Assembly: GCA_017499595.2 (NCBI GenBank)
Contig: CM039002.1
Coordinates: forward strand, 3,596,001 to 3,660,000
Direction: 5' to 3'
From: Psilocybe cubensis
Taxonomy: Eukaryota
DNA: 64,000 nt
The translations under genes were made by a program, and so were the position numbers. Shown here piece after piece: positions 38,419 through 51,918 of the stretch. The notes under the pieces were generated by a model, which had not been told where the DNA came from, searched no databases, and saw nothing but the letters and a program-made list of their open reading frames with translations. Within the stretch, counting starts at the first letter, position 1. The number at the start of each line of letters is the position of its first letter.

Positions 38419-38530
38419 TTTGATTCAATACAGTTCTGCCGTTTTCGAGCGCGAACGATTGGTATTTCCAAGCCTGAACGCTATAGCCACACCTAACTTG
38501 TCATTTGATCAATCTCCTGACGCAGCACCT

Positions 38531-39651
38531 ATGCCAACACGCTCGATTTCAGTTATTAGTATATCATCTTCGGAAGATGAGGCTGCCCCGCTTACCGAAG
38601 GAAAACAAAAGTCTGAGAGAAAGCAAAAGGCTATCGATCATCCTGCCAGTGCTTCTTCCTTGTAAGCTCTTTCCTTCATTACTTTCTCTATGCTCATCTT
38701 TTTCTTAGTGTATCTAACTCTCCAACCCCTCACGCTGCCAAGCGTTCTAGAATCAATGTTTCCCCTTCTTCGTGAATTCTAATTTTTGTTACAATTCCTT
38801 CTTCTCATTTTTGTCTGTATATAGCCCCCCGCCTACTTCAAACACAGGCCATAGCATTGGGCCCACAAAATCGCGCGCGGTTCCTTCGACTGGTCATCTT
38901 CAGCCTGTAAAGCCCGTTATACCAACACCCCCTATTGCGTCTATGGCTCCGCCCTTAGCCCAACCATCTCGCCTTTCTGCGCGTCGAAATAGGTCTCCCC
39001 GTCGTTATATGGTAGCATCGAATTGTTATCCCAGGTTGAAAACACACCGTATTGCACCCATGGCTCCACCCTTGGCCCAACCATCTCGCTTTTCTGAGCG
39101 ACGAAATAAGTCGCCCCCTCGCCATATGGTGGCATCAAATTCTTCCAGGTCGACTTCTTCAACCGCACGTAGTATGTTTTTCCTAAATAATTCTCATTGA
39201 TATCTCTCATCTCTCTTTTTCTCTAGCGTTACCACCCACTGCTCCAGCTGAGCCATCCACCATGCCTCATATTAACATTCGAGCACGTCAACGCGCGGAG
39301 CGTCCTCTCCGTCCTACACAACGTCAGGCCGGCATCGAAGAGGTTTTGCCTAGTGACCCCAGGCCATACACAGTTGCAGAGGTAGCTCCCCCTGCTGGTG
39401 CTGAACGTCTCGTCGCCCCGGTTCCTGCAGCCGCGCCTTCTGCTGTCGTGACACAAGCTCGTCAACTCGAGCCACCTCCTTTAGTGCGCGCGCCTCGTCC
39501 TACTATGCAGGTCGAGGTTGTGATTTCTTCTCGCCCGCCTGTTCTTACACGTCGAGGACGACGTACGGGCCTCTCTGCACCAGTCCGCCAAGTCGTTGCC
39601 AGCCGCGCCCCTTCTTCAATCGAGGACGAGGATGGCACCATTGACTCCTGA
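38531..39651 (+). CDS. Pro/Ser/Arg-rich disordered protein with an internal ~117-bp duplication
   Basis: Spliced exons MPTRSISVISISSSEDE... to ...EDEDGTIDS*; IAxMAPPLAQPSR..RRNxSP occurs twice. Confidence 0.55.
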
Positions 39652-40695
39652 CCTGTAATCAAAGTGAAAGCACTGGTTGGCCGAACCCGAGGCTAAACAC
39701 TAGTCTGAAAGCCTTCGGGCAAGGTTTACATTTAAGTGTATATAGTAATTTCCTTGATCTCGCCCGAAACAAATTTCATGACTGAAAAGGAATGTCTTTG
39801 TAAAGCCTAACCAGTTTGTACTTTCTGTTTCGCACCAATTTCAAATCCCTTTGGCGAAGTTGCTTGTCTCCATTATGATAGAGTTGGATAAATGAAATTG
39901 TCAATTAGAAGGTCAGTACTTTCGTTGGAAATTGGAAGGAGTCCAATCCATCCCGTCAACTGACGCTCACAACTGACACCCACTCGCACAAGAATTGCGG
40001 TAGAAATCGAGGTCTAAACCACCCCTCAACAATTCCACAGGGTTATTGAATCCCGAAGCTGATCGTCTAGAAACCGCGAGTCTGATCCGAGCGCCCGTTG
40101 GTAGCGTGCGACAAAGTGCTTTCCTACCCTACCTGCAAAATAATGACCAAAACTTCACTGGGGAATCCCATTTAGCAAGGTCCTTCATATTGATTCAAAA
40201 AGGGAAATGTTATCATCCCGGTGTGCCATATTGAGAACGTTGCCACTAATTCGTTGATACTACAATCTGCGCATGCAGTACATTTGTCGGGCGAACACCT
40301 TAAACGTTCTGGATATGGATTCTACATTGAAACGGCTGTGCATCTAGTAAGCTGAGAAGGTAGTATACGTATTGGTTAAATATCAACTTCCGTCCAAAAG
40401 GCTAGTTAGACCACGCAAGTCACTGTCATATCCATTTATACAGTTCTTACGCATTACCGCTTTAGCCACTCGATATGCATGTTTCAAGAATAAACTAGGT
40501 TGGTTGGTTGAATAGAATGTATATTTCACTCATCCACCTACGATTAATCAAAACGGGTTCTAACTTAGTGATTACCTATTCAGGAAATCCAAATAAGAAT
40601 ACCGAAGCACCAATTTCACTGTGAGCCAGAGTTTCAACATTTATATATATACAGTCAAATGGTTAATCATCTCTTTTCACCCGACCTTTAACGAT

Positions 40696-43600
40696 ATGCA
40701 GAGTCCGATAATTGATTCCGACACACGCTCGGGGGCATCAACACCTACTGGACATCCTCCATCCTCAATCTCCACGGATATGTATCCACAGCCCGTAAGT
40801 TGTTATCCAAGCCTTCACGACATCGAACCCTGACATCTAGAGTCGTAGGCTCGAGATCAAGCTATGGAAAGCAATAACGTGAGGTTCATTAACTTGTGCG
40901 ATTGGTACCACTTACAATGATATAGCGTATGGTCAAACGTCGAAGAGATCATGAAACGGAATCGCAATCCGAGAACGTTTCAAATGATGGTGATGCTGGT
41001 TCCAATGAGGTGAGGAAATGAAATACAAGTGTCATTTCTGCGATAATAAAATGACTTGGTTATGCTGAACCAAAGGTTCAACCTTACAATGTTCAGCCCT
41101 ACAATACCAGGAGTAAAGTCCGCGTTGTAGCCCCGAGCTACGGGGACTATTTACAGGTAAGATATACAACGAGCTGACATAGCATACACACTCTGAGGGA
41201 CTTCATCGCTTTATCTATGTAGATCCAAGTTCTCGCGGACAAAAACATGCGGCTTAAACAAGAGCTTCTGAGGATCCAGATAGATCAAATCAAAGGGGTA
41301 CGTGACCGATTCAGTGAGCTCTTAGAACTGTACATGTTTCTGATTATCTACCTCGAATTTAAGTCGAAGGGTTTGCATTCGGACGACGAAATTAGTCTGA
41401 CTGGCGATGAAGAAACATTCTATGATGCAAAAATGGATTCATCAAGTGAAGACTTACAGCATCAGGTACGAGTCATCTTTATAATGAGTAACACATCGTA
41501 TTGATTCTCAAGGAACACGTCAGTTTGAAAAACTGGCAGAAACTAAGGAGCACCCTCGGCGAGAAAGGCAGGATGCAGTAAAAAGCCTGCAAGCTGCTCA
41601 GACGACGTACGAGGAAGAGCTGGCACAGCTAAAATTAAAGGTATATCTTGCGCCCAGAAATGTTTCAGGTCTTCACGTCTTCATAACACAGATCCATGAA
41701 TTGAGCGAGAGAAACGAGGAACTGGAGCGAGAGATACAAGAAACGGAAAAGGTAGGATCTAACGCCGACGGCGCAATCTTTATTGACTGGCACTCATCAT
41801 CGTCAGCTTGAAAACGTAAACGACGATCTCGAAACAGAGATGTATGTAAAGGGGGTCTATGTCCTTGGGGAGGCCCCAAGGCCTTCTAATGTTCACGTTC
41901 TGGAAAGAAATTTACAGGTAAAATTATATATATATATTATTATTGAATGACATATTAACCGGCGTTAGGAGAAGAGTGCACAGGTCAATTCCACGGAAGA
42001 TGAGCTAAAAAGGCTAAGATCTCAGGTAAGATTTGTATCAGTGTTGCTGTAAAGATAATTGTTAGTTTACGCCATCAATAGGTTGACGAAATGGAAAAGG
42101 CCAACTTGCTTCTAGGAGAAGAGAAAAAAACAAGCATCGATATAATGGAATCAAAGATAGCGGAGCTGAATTCGAATGTACGATATCAGTCAACACATTT
42201 GTTATTTTGAAGAGTCTGATAAAATTCATTTAGATCCACGAATTTGCGAAGACCACTGAGCTCCTACAGATGAAGGAGGCAGTCATCAGCAATCAGGAAG
42301 CAGAGCTCGCTGAGCTTAAGGCGCAGGTAAGAAATCGTTCAGATGTTCGGTGCATTTATATATCAACTGAAATTTATTTAGATCAATGATTTGATGAAGA
42401 TTAATCAGCTCCTGGAAGAGGAAAAAGTAGCATATGTCAAGAGCATGGAAATAGAGCTGACTAAGGTCAGGTCTCAGGTGAGGTCCAAATTCGAATGACA
42501 GTTTTTTAACCTGTATACTTACAAATTTGGGAACGACTGACAGCTCGAAAGCTTGCAGAAAGATAATGATTCTCTACAACTCGCAAATGAAGGCATACTG
42601 ATGCAGCAAGTATCTTATGAAGATAAGCTGCAATTAGTGCTAGACTCGCACAATGATGAAGTCCATTCGTTAGTGGAGAATCATCGACAGGTTGTCTCTG
42701 GATTTGACGCCGAGCGTATCCTGCTTCAGAGAGAACTCGACCTTGCCAATGAAACCATAAAATCGTTCGAGTTTAAAGAAAATACTGATTCAAGAGTGCC
42801 ACAAGTTGCAGGCGCCGAGCATCTCGATAATTCCAACGACAATCATACATCATCGTTGCTCTCAGCTAGAGATGCCGAATTAAACGACTTGAGGTGTTTG
42901 CTGGAGGCCGCAGAGCGGAAACAACTTGCAGATATTGGTAAGCGAATATGATGGTCATTGAATATATCCTGAATTGTTCTCTTTTTAGAGGAGGTAGGGT
43001 CAATGAAGTCGTCCTACGTGTCCAGAATCGAGGACCTTCAGACGCAGTTAGAATCGGAACAGAATCGAAATACGGAGCTGGATAAAAACGCTTCGTCTCT
43101 GCAGCAATCCAACATCCGTTTGCTGGCTATCATTAGCGGGAAAGAGGAGGAGTTATTGGAACTTAAAGGGCTCTATGACGAGGAGAAGAAAGTCCGACAA
43201 ATGGAACTCTCTGCTTATCGAACGAAGGTCGAAGAACTGGCAAGCCAGCTTGCAGAAAAGGACAACGACATCGTCTCAGCTCGAGTGGCTCACGAGCAGG
43301 AAATTCAGCGTCTTTCGTTCGAACACCGTGAAAAGGTGGCAAAACTAGAAGATGATTGTAATAAACTGGCCGAAGATCTCCGAGCAAGCCGACATCGCTA
43401 TCAACAAGACATGATCCAACAACAGCGACGATTTGATGCGGAACGGTCGGTATTTATGAAAAGCAACGAGACCGTTAGAGAGCTAAAAGGTAAACTCGAG
43501 GAGAAGAACCGTACCTTGCAGTCAGGGATACGAGAGTTGGAAGAAGAAGTCAGGACCTTGAGGCGAACTAATGAACAGGAAAAGCTCCAATCAATTGAGG

Positions 43601-44829
43601 TATACGCCAACCAAGTCAATTCCCTGACTCACCAGCACAAACTAGAGGCATCGAAATATCAGGAAGACATTAGGACTATGAGGACTGACCTGGAAAATTT
43701 GCGAGAAACTGTCGCGGAGAAGGACGAGAGTATAACCTCTCTTAATAGGGCTAGGGCTGCGTTAGAATTACAACTCGCTGACCAAAGCGCTCAGATAGTA
43801 AGTCAATCTAACTTTCAATCTGATATCGTTGAATTTAGTTGTATGTTAGGCAAGCTTGGCTAGCAAAGTGCAGATTGGGGATGTCAACGAGCTAACGGTG
43901 CTACGTAAAGAATGCGACAGGTTATGGAAATTAATTGAAGAAAAGGACGATGATCTTGAAAAGGAAGAGGCAATGGTCATGGCGAGTAGTCATAAAATTC
44001 GGACCTTCTGATGCTTCGACTTATCAACTCCAATTTTAGGCCCTGAGAGTAGAGATGGAAAGGATGAAGGCAGAGGCACCTCTCGCGGCCAACAAAGCAA
44101 ATCAGACTATGACTGACATGACCACTGGTACTGTGCAGCCGGGAACTTCGAGGGGCAAGCAAAGGCAAATAAGCCCATCTATGCTTTCCTCTGCATTTCC
44201 GGTAAAAATCTTGCTTACTTCTCGACATTATTCTCCTTTCTGACCATCTCAAAAGTTAACAGCAGCGAGAATGTCAAACTACCGTGTAGGAAGTTCAGTA
44301 AGTCGATAATTAACGCCATATTTTGATATAAATTAATTGCAACTAGTCTCGAAATGTGCGTTTTGGATCCGTTGAGGAGGTGGAGGACCATGTTTCGCAA
44401 TACGCCTCTTCATCACGAGTAGGTGGCCAAGGGACATCCAATTATATGACGCCATCTTCATCATCCTCAAAATCTGCTAAGATTGACACATCTCATTTTG
44501 GACGTGATCGCACCCCCCCCGTTCCACCGCCCAGGACTTACGGCAAAGGAAGAGGAGCAGCGTCTTCCCGATCTTCCCGAAGAGCAGCATCCGTAGATCG
44601 CGCAGAACCCGCTACGCCTTCACATTCACGTCTAGATGATATTGACGAGGACTACTCTGATGATATTCCTCCAGAAGTTTCCCGGCCTCAAACTTCATCG
44701 TCAGATCCCGATGTTGCTCAAGCCCTACTCGCGGTCGCCGCCAAGATTGGACAGATGTCCGAAAACTTGACAGCGCTCCCGACTTTGTTATCAACGCGAC
44801 TGGGCCTATCTGGAGGGACTTCTGACTGA
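40696..44829 (+). CDS. Large multi-exon coiled-coil protein
   Basis: About 20 short exons with GT-AG ends; E/K/L/Q-rich heptad ORFs at 42553-42951 and 43003-43863; low-complexity tail at 44356-44829. Confidence 0.7.
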
Positions 44830-45064
44830 CTTCAAGTTTGAATCAGATCATAAAACATACTACATAACTTTAGTATTTAAAACAAATCAAAAACAGTGCT
44901 AGAAAATACACACTCTTCCCTATCTCCTCCGGATACAAGTCAACTTATAGCAAAGGATGATTAAACCAGATCAACATCATGACATTGCGTGGATGTTGTG
45001 GCACCTTTGCAAGTTAGATTCCAATGATTGAAAATAGCTAGCTGTCTCTATTGCTAGAACCAGG

Positions 45065-45175
45065 TTACGGAATATTCGGAACACCCCTAATTTTTTTCGA
45101 GCGACCGCACCTATAATCAATCTGAAGTGATGCTTTTCTGTTCAACTACACTGTGATCCATATTTGACACACTTT
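45065..45175 (+). repeat. Dispersed hairpin repeat, copy 4 (strongly degenerate)
   Basis: TTCGGAACAC core, then TATAAT and the downstream ATATTTGACAC also seen after copies 1 and 5. Confidence 0.6.
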
Positions 45176-45631
45176 TGGAGGATTTTTCTTAAGGAAAGCA
45201 GCAGAGATCACATTTGTGCGAAGTAATATAACGTTCAAATAGTGTGGAAACGCATGTTGGCAATATAGAAATCTCCATCCCATAGGCTATGTGGCTCACT
45301 GGTAGAGTCCATGATTTACGGCGGTGGAATGTCCTCAAATTCCGATCTTTCATTTGAACACAAGGCAGAACAGATCAGCTAATTGAGTACCTAGAGCTTC
45401 TCTTGAATCCTCGCTGATGGGCACAGATCAAACACTCCAAAAAACTGATGTTTTTGACAATATTTAATAAATACTTCCGCACACGTCTCCTATACGCCCC
45501 CTGCACTTCCCTCGCTTCCCTCGCTTACCCTGCAAGGCAAATTATGTATGCCCCTTGCTGATTTATGCACGAAATTTTCACATTCGTCAATTTGGACATA
45601 AAATGATAAATTCAGATTATACTTCTACCAC

Positions 45632-46626
45632 TCAGTCCCTTGGCAATACTAGATTCAAAATGTCTTTCAGAGATGGTAAGCTGCCGGTCGTTCCCAACTG
45701 ACAGCTACGACATGTAGGAATCCCATCTTTTGGATATTGATGTATTTGCTCCACTTTTCTATCCGCGCAATCCTTGCAAAAGATATGGCCGCAGCCAAAG
45801 CTTGAACCAAAGTGAGGTTTGTATCGCTGAACGTAGTGCATAAAGGGACATACATTACAGGTTCCCTAACGAAGTTAGAGCAAACGCTACAATGAGCGTA
45901 GGCTTGAAGCACATGCTCAATCTGATTACTAAGGTCAGATACCATGGTATATAAGTTTCAAGCCCAATACCCTTACCTGTAGGATTCGCTTGTGTTCAGA
46001 TTGACAACGGATAGCTTCGGCTTGAAGCTTATGAAGAGTATCGTTTAGCAGACGGATATCCTAAACAATCATATCAGCCCTATCTTCACAAATATAAGTA
46101 AAAACATACGTCTTGTGCACGCATTAGGGCGCGGTGTTTCTGGAAGAAACAATTGATATTACCATATCATTAGCAGGTGTTGCTACTCACTTCCACTATC
46201 TCGAATTGAAAGTTATCCTTGGTTCGCTGTACTTCCTCCAGAGATTCCCGCATCTTCAGATTTTCCTGTAATTTTCGAATCGCCCTCATGTTAAAAATGT
46301 TATTTACGCTAGTTTCAAGACGCACCTTTGTAGCTTCCCTTAGTTCTGCTTTGATTTGGTCAAGCTCCTGGCGATCCTGTTCATGATACTTTGTCACCGT
46401 CATCGGAAGTATGATTCTGTTAACAACTTACTGCGAGCGACGAAAGCCCGACTGAAGAAGAAGACAACCCGTCTCTTGAAGCATCAAAAGAAGACACGGA
46501 AGATGATGCAGCCTGCAAACCGCCAGGGGCTTTCTCCGTGCGGATCAAAAGTGACTTTTCTCTTCGACGTTTGGCCTTGTATAACTCGTATTCCTTTTCT
46601 ATTTGCTGAAACTCGGTGGTATACAT
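45632..46626 (-). CDS. Coiled-coil plus C3HC4 RING-finger protein, paralog of 25762-33396
   Basis: MYTTEFQQIEKEYELYKAKRR...; RING domain CSVCSNFVREPVM|FGCGHIFCKDC...CRSC, with the intron in the same position as in the paralog. Confidence 0.8.
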
Positions 46627-47209
46627 GCTTGAGTTGATAGAGGGTCTGGAGAACCTGGAGAAGGATTCGTGATGTGCTAACTTATACAAAGATGCGTGGG
46701 ACATTGGATTAGGCAACTTTGATCAAATTCAATTCGAGTACAAGGGACGCCGTTTGACATCCGAAAACAAGGCGATCATTGAAGCGCGGCAGCCATGAAA
46801 GGGGAAATATTAACAAGAGAATAATGTAGCCGCATAACGGGTGAAGATAGAAATCCCTGAGGGTTGTTTTGATTGCTGTTTAAGGATACATCAACTTTCC
46901 AATATTTCGAGGAGCATAACGTACACGAGGATCATACCGCAAAAATATATTTAAACCGAAAAGTGCCGGGTCAGGCACGCTGGCAATCTCATCTACCTTC
47001 CGAAAGTGGAGAAAACGATGTATCAACCAAATGTTATACGTGAGCTCCGCAAGAGTGTAGTTGCATAAGCCGGAAGGTAGTAAATACGGGGCCATTCTGA
47101 TTGCTGTTTAAGGATACAATGTTTGGGTTACCTTTGAGGAGATATCATACTGTGCAAGGTACAACGAGGTCAACAAGACTAGCAGCCTGTGCAAAAAGAG
47201 GGCCAATGG

Positions 47210-47325
47210 CGTGCCTGTGTGCTGATTTAGCCACTGCGAACGACTCGATTTCGGAACACTCCGAAATTGTTTGGCGTGGCCCGGTTATAATGCTCATGTA
47301 GTCAATTTTGCACGCTTTCTGCTCC
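47210..47325 (+). repeat. Dispersed hairpin repeat, copy 5
   Basis: CGTGCCTGTGTGCTGATTTAGCCACTGCGAACGACTCGATTTCGGAACACTCCGAAATTGTTTGGCGTGGCCCGGTTATAATGCTC. Confidence 0.93.
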
Positions 47326-47599
47326 TGCCCTGTGGGGTGTGTTTGACACTTTTCTAACGGGTTTGATTTTGGATGGTTACACTGCCCATATGTTCTCGAA
47401 GTACTGGTATGCAAGCAGTGCGTAAAAAGGCATGGACTCAGTGGTTACCTCTGTGTTGTCCGAGGACAGGAGCCACAATCAAACCTAATATTTTCAGTAC
47501 TCGGACTGAAGGCATTTAATCTTCAGGTAGGTACCAATAACTGTGTGTTTAATAGGGGAAATAGCACACGTCTAATCTGTCTATTGCTCTTCATGCTGT

Positions 47600-48994
47600 G
47601 AGGCAACTTACGCTTCATGAATGAGACTTGTAGGTAACTGGAAAATGAACACCGTATTACACTACAACCGTTCGTAACATCTGATCATCCCGTCGGCTTT
47701 TTCAATCATACATCTGCATCTAATCTCTCCTTAAAGCGTCCAACTCGGCAGTCAGGCTGTCAATCTTGCGGCGCAGAGCATGGGCGGATTCCATTTCTTG
47801 CTGGTGCTCCATCACAATCATCTCATACTTACGCGACAAAGTCGCATGCCAAGCCTTATGATTTTGCAGCTCACGCCGTGCATCCATCAGCTCTCTTTCG
47901 ATGGTCTGAGACTGTCCGATGACTCTTTGCGTGTTATACCGAGGCGAATAATGATTGTCGTCTTCCGCGGCCTGTTATTCGAGTGAGTCAATAGTGTTAC
48001 TACTGAGGGTATGATCCCGCGGAACGTACAGAAAAAGCGTAATCCCGCCTAAGTGTTCTATTCTTTCCCTTAGCCCCATTCTTGATGATAGGTTGTTAGC
48101 AATCATTGCGCTACATAGCGTACAAAACAGAACCTACGTGACAACCTCTTTTCTGTCCATCCCTCGTGTCTCTTGATTCTGGGTTGGAAAAAGAGTTTGC
48201 GCTCCTCATTCGGTTGATCGTACAAAAACTCTGGACGCAACTATATTACCAATGGGGTTCGCATCATAAATCAAACTAAACGTACATTTCTACCCTTGCA
48301 ATCAGTAGGATATGGCTCGTAAGCATTACGGCGACCCCTGGATGGCCCGTCACTCTTATAGCAGGCTTTGAGTACAAAGAGATTTATTTATAAAGGAACA
48401 ATACAACTCACAGCACTTTGTCGAAAGGTAGACCGGGGACGATCACTCTGCGGTGATCAAATTCAAACATGAGCAAGGTAGTAGTAAAGATAGTACTCAC
48501 AACATGGCGAGATGTCGCCTGCGGTGCTTGGCCTTCAACAGCTATGGATTCAAACATTGAGTTCTCAATCTGTATATTACATCAGAATATTCAAAAGTAT
48601 CAAAATGCATGCTCACTGGAGTCATCAGCTCAAGTGTACCATATTGACGTTGCTGTACATCGGCTCCAGGGGTATTAACAACCTATTGTCTTGATTATCG
48701 ATGGTAAAATGAGGCAATTTCGGTAAGCAAACATACTTGGGCTGCTCCAGTTCCATGGGCAGCAACTTCCTCCCTGTTCCCTTCGTTTGACGACCTCATC
48801 ATGGAGAAAACAGGCGTGGAGTGAATGTACGAGCGCCGAGGGAATCTATTATATAGTAAAAATGCTGTTGAATGTGTAGCGCTTTGGTTCAGAATAACAT
48901 TGAATGCTCTACAAAAAGGAATTCAAAGGTTGTTCCATTCCAGGTATCAAAAAATAGACGAGACTAACAGAGTAAGTGTAAGTCGATGGTCCAT
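47600..48994 (-). CDS. Probable multi-exon orphan gene
   Basis: ATG at 48994 followed by several short open exons with GT/AG ends. No recognisable domain; 3' end approximate. Confidence 0.35.
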
Positions 48995-50177
48995 CCCAAG
49001 TTTTGGGTGAGGACAAGGGATAGTAGACGCTCGGGAGCGAGAAGGAAAGATGATCGGGAGGTTTACTTGTGCCTGTCGAATGCAACAAAACGACCTTTCG
49101 GGGATGCAGTAATTACAGAATCAAGATTTGATGTTTGCGTTATCTGCGCCAAGATCCAGCACTCAACCAGCAAGCACTAGATCTCACGTTCAAACGGATG
49201 TCGAGATGATTGACTGAAATGGAAAAACTCAGTACAACGGTCAACTACATGCCTAGATAGTTAGCCACTACTATACATTCTGAGCCGCTAGGAAGCGTTC
49301 TGCAACCTCGAAAATATCTATCGGCAAGCATGTCATTCATCGTTCCTGTTCCGCGTCCCCATGGGCGTTCAGCGTTTGCTGTTATTGTTGTGAAAGAAGA
49401 CGTTCGAAAAACCCAAGTTCTCATTATATTGCAGCCGTGTTGTACACTTTCGGGATTAATATAGGCCTCAACCACATAGACGCCCTTGACGCACCTCTAC
49501 GCTCTAGTCTATATATGGGAGAGGTAGTCGAGTGAAAAATTAATACAAGTGCGGGTGCGCCCGCGCGCCTGTGGAGTCCTCTATTTTAAGAACTATAACG
49601 GAGACCTGTGTGGAAAAACGATCCCTTTCAAACTTATCACACCAACCACTACTGCCTTGTACTCTGCAGGCAACCATTGACTTTGATGTTCACATTTTGT
49701 GCCTTGTTTCACTTGCTTTCCACTTGGCTCATGATCACCAAATAATATGACCTATAATAGAAATTAGTTGTTCTGTAGTTATACACAGTTTACACTTCAG
49801 CGCCTCATTTGTCAGGCGCTTGACCTGCTCTTCCATTTGGCTGTTAAATAAGACTCAAAAATATTTACCATCTTCCTAAACAACTGCCTACATTATTGCC
49901 TGGTAAGTCTAGGTCGTACGTCTCTTTTTCCATGATACTCTATTTACGCATTTTGTATCTAGATCATCTCACGACCTATATCGACGCCCGGTAAGTGCAA
50001 TTCATGATACAGAGATACTCAATACTCAATTATGATATAATGTCTATTAGGGATACTCCGTTACAGAAATACTATCTAAAATTGACACATCGATCGTATT
50101 GAATATTTGGTATGTTTCTGATGCTGTATTAAGCGCCTACTTACCAAATCGTTGGACAGGGTCCCTCGTTCCACATT

Positions 50178-51332
50178 ATGGATCTGACACCAGCGCTCGA
50201 ACCCGTGAATACTCCGGTCTCTTCTTCTTCAAACCGCTCCAAACGTCCTCGAAGGAAAAAGCTAAACAATAGCGGAAACCTCGAGTGCAACATTCCTCGC
50301 CCCAGTAACCCATTCATCCTCTTCCGGGACGATTTCTTACGACAAGGTTGGATGCTCAAATTGGAAGGGATTAACCATTGCAGTCAGTCTGCTCTCATCG
50401 GAAAAATCTGGAGCCGATTGGGGGAGGATAAAAGGGCGTACTGGAAGAAAAAATCAGCTCAAGAGAAACTTGAATACTGGGCCAACAATCCTCAGGTCAG
50501 GTATACGAAAAAGTCTTTGATTAAACCCAAAGCTGCTCGTAGCAAGCAAAGTAACAACCATGGTTCCTTTGCATTTCGACACGCATTCCACGACGGTGTA
50601 GAAGAAGATAAATGTCTTTGGCAGATGGCGGAATCCTACACTCCTGGACTCACGTATCATCACAGCATAGTAGATGAACAGCCAGTATACGAGGATCCAT
50701 TGGTTTCCGAATCTCCCACCGAACGTCCCAGTCAATCTCTACCACCTTTCCAAGCGAGCAGCCAACAGGAAGAATACCGAGAGGGCCTCCTTCATTTACC
50801 CTACTTCGTGCTTGACCCCCTACTGCACGACGTCAACTCGGATCCTCATCAACAAGTTTCTTTTGAAAATATCATCTGTCAAGCCGAGGATCAGGACGAA
50901 TACAGTCAATATCCAATTCCAGTTGCTAATATACCTGGTCAATGGGACCACGCGGGTTTTGCGTTCAATTTGGATGGTCACAACAGTGCTGCCAATGATA
51001 TGTGGTCAACTAACGCCCTGTCGAACTATGTAAGTGTGCATCTACTTATGGCGTATGCACAAGGCATTCTTATGAGTTGGAAACAGTACTCGGATAACTT
51101 TTTTGGGTCCTACAATAATCATCAACTCGATGGCACTTTCAACATTCCGTCAGCTCTGTATACGGAACCGGACGTATCCATGTCGATCGAGACTTGCATG
51201 TCCGTCTTTGGTAACCAAGAATCAGGCTTTGGATATGCTACAGGCTTTGACGATTCGGTCCCATCTAGCACCTTAGCTGAAAATGTGATCCGTGACTTGA
51301 CTTCAGACATACAGATATCCACCTTTCAATAA
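50178..51332 (+). CDS. HMG-box (MATA/SOX-type) transcription factor
   Basis: IPRPSNPFILFR...SALIGKIWSRLGEDKRAYWKKKSAQEKLEY...P.VRY; probable in-frame 57-nt intron at 51030-51086. Confidence 0.85.
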   Translation: MDLTPALEPVNTPVSSSSNRSKRPRRKKLNNSGNLECNIPRPSNPFILFRDDFLRQGWMLKLEGINHCSQSALIGKIWSRLGEDKRAYWKKKSAQEKLEYWANNPQVRYTKKSLIKPKAARSKQSNNHGSFAFRHAFHDGVEEDKCLWQMAESYTPGLTYHHSIVDEQPVYEDPLVSESPTERPSQSLPPFQASSQQEEYREGLLHLPYFVLDPLLHDVNSDPHQQVSFENIICQAEDQDEYSQYPIPVANIPGQWDHAGFAFNLDGHNSAANDMWSTNALSNYVSVHLLMAYAQGILMSWKQYSDNFFGSYNNHQLDGTFNIPSALYTEPDVSMSIETCMSVFGNQESGFGYATGFDDSVPSSTLAENVIRDLTSDIQISTFQ

Positions 51333-51918
51333 TTTCAACTATAATCTATGGTATCATTTGTCGACTTTAACTGCCTTCCTTTCTTCAATACTTTGGTACT
51401 TCAATTTACACCGGTAATTTTGTCCTAATAGTTTAGTACATTCCCTAGGAATAAAATTTAATATTTTGGCACCTTTCTATGATTCTATTGACGAAGGGAA
51501 GAGACAAGTCGAACTCGTGCCCGTGCCCAGCGCGGCAGCGCAAAAGTCTTCAACGGCCGCATCTATCTCTTTCAACGTGGTTGCATGAAAACGCATAAGG
51601 CCAAGCAATTCTGGATTAGGGCTACGACACGTATAGTTTAGAAGAGTCGATCGTACCTTGTTGACCGTTTATTTCAGATCCACCAAGAACATCGAATACC
51701 CCGGACGAGAAAATTTGCCCACCACCCACCACCTTGGTTAACGAAGCGTTTGCGTAACTGATGTCGTGGTATCGACAATTAATTGAATACTACCAGGGAG
51801 CGCACTGTCAATGCCTCCGTTGTCTGGATACAATGTATACTCATAAATTATACAAAGTATGGAGGTCTACGATACATGGACGGACAGAGAGTGACAAAGG
51901 GTGGAAAGAGAGTCGAAT

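Noticed and set aside
45284-45350. tRNA-like start GGCTATGTGGCTCACTGGTAGAG
   Set aside because: No anticodon stem, no canonical T-loop and no complementary acceptor strand.
50178-51332. Mating-type locus call for the HMG-box gene
   Set aside because: Agaricomycete mating type is encoded by homeodomain and pheromone/receptor loci, none of which is present here.
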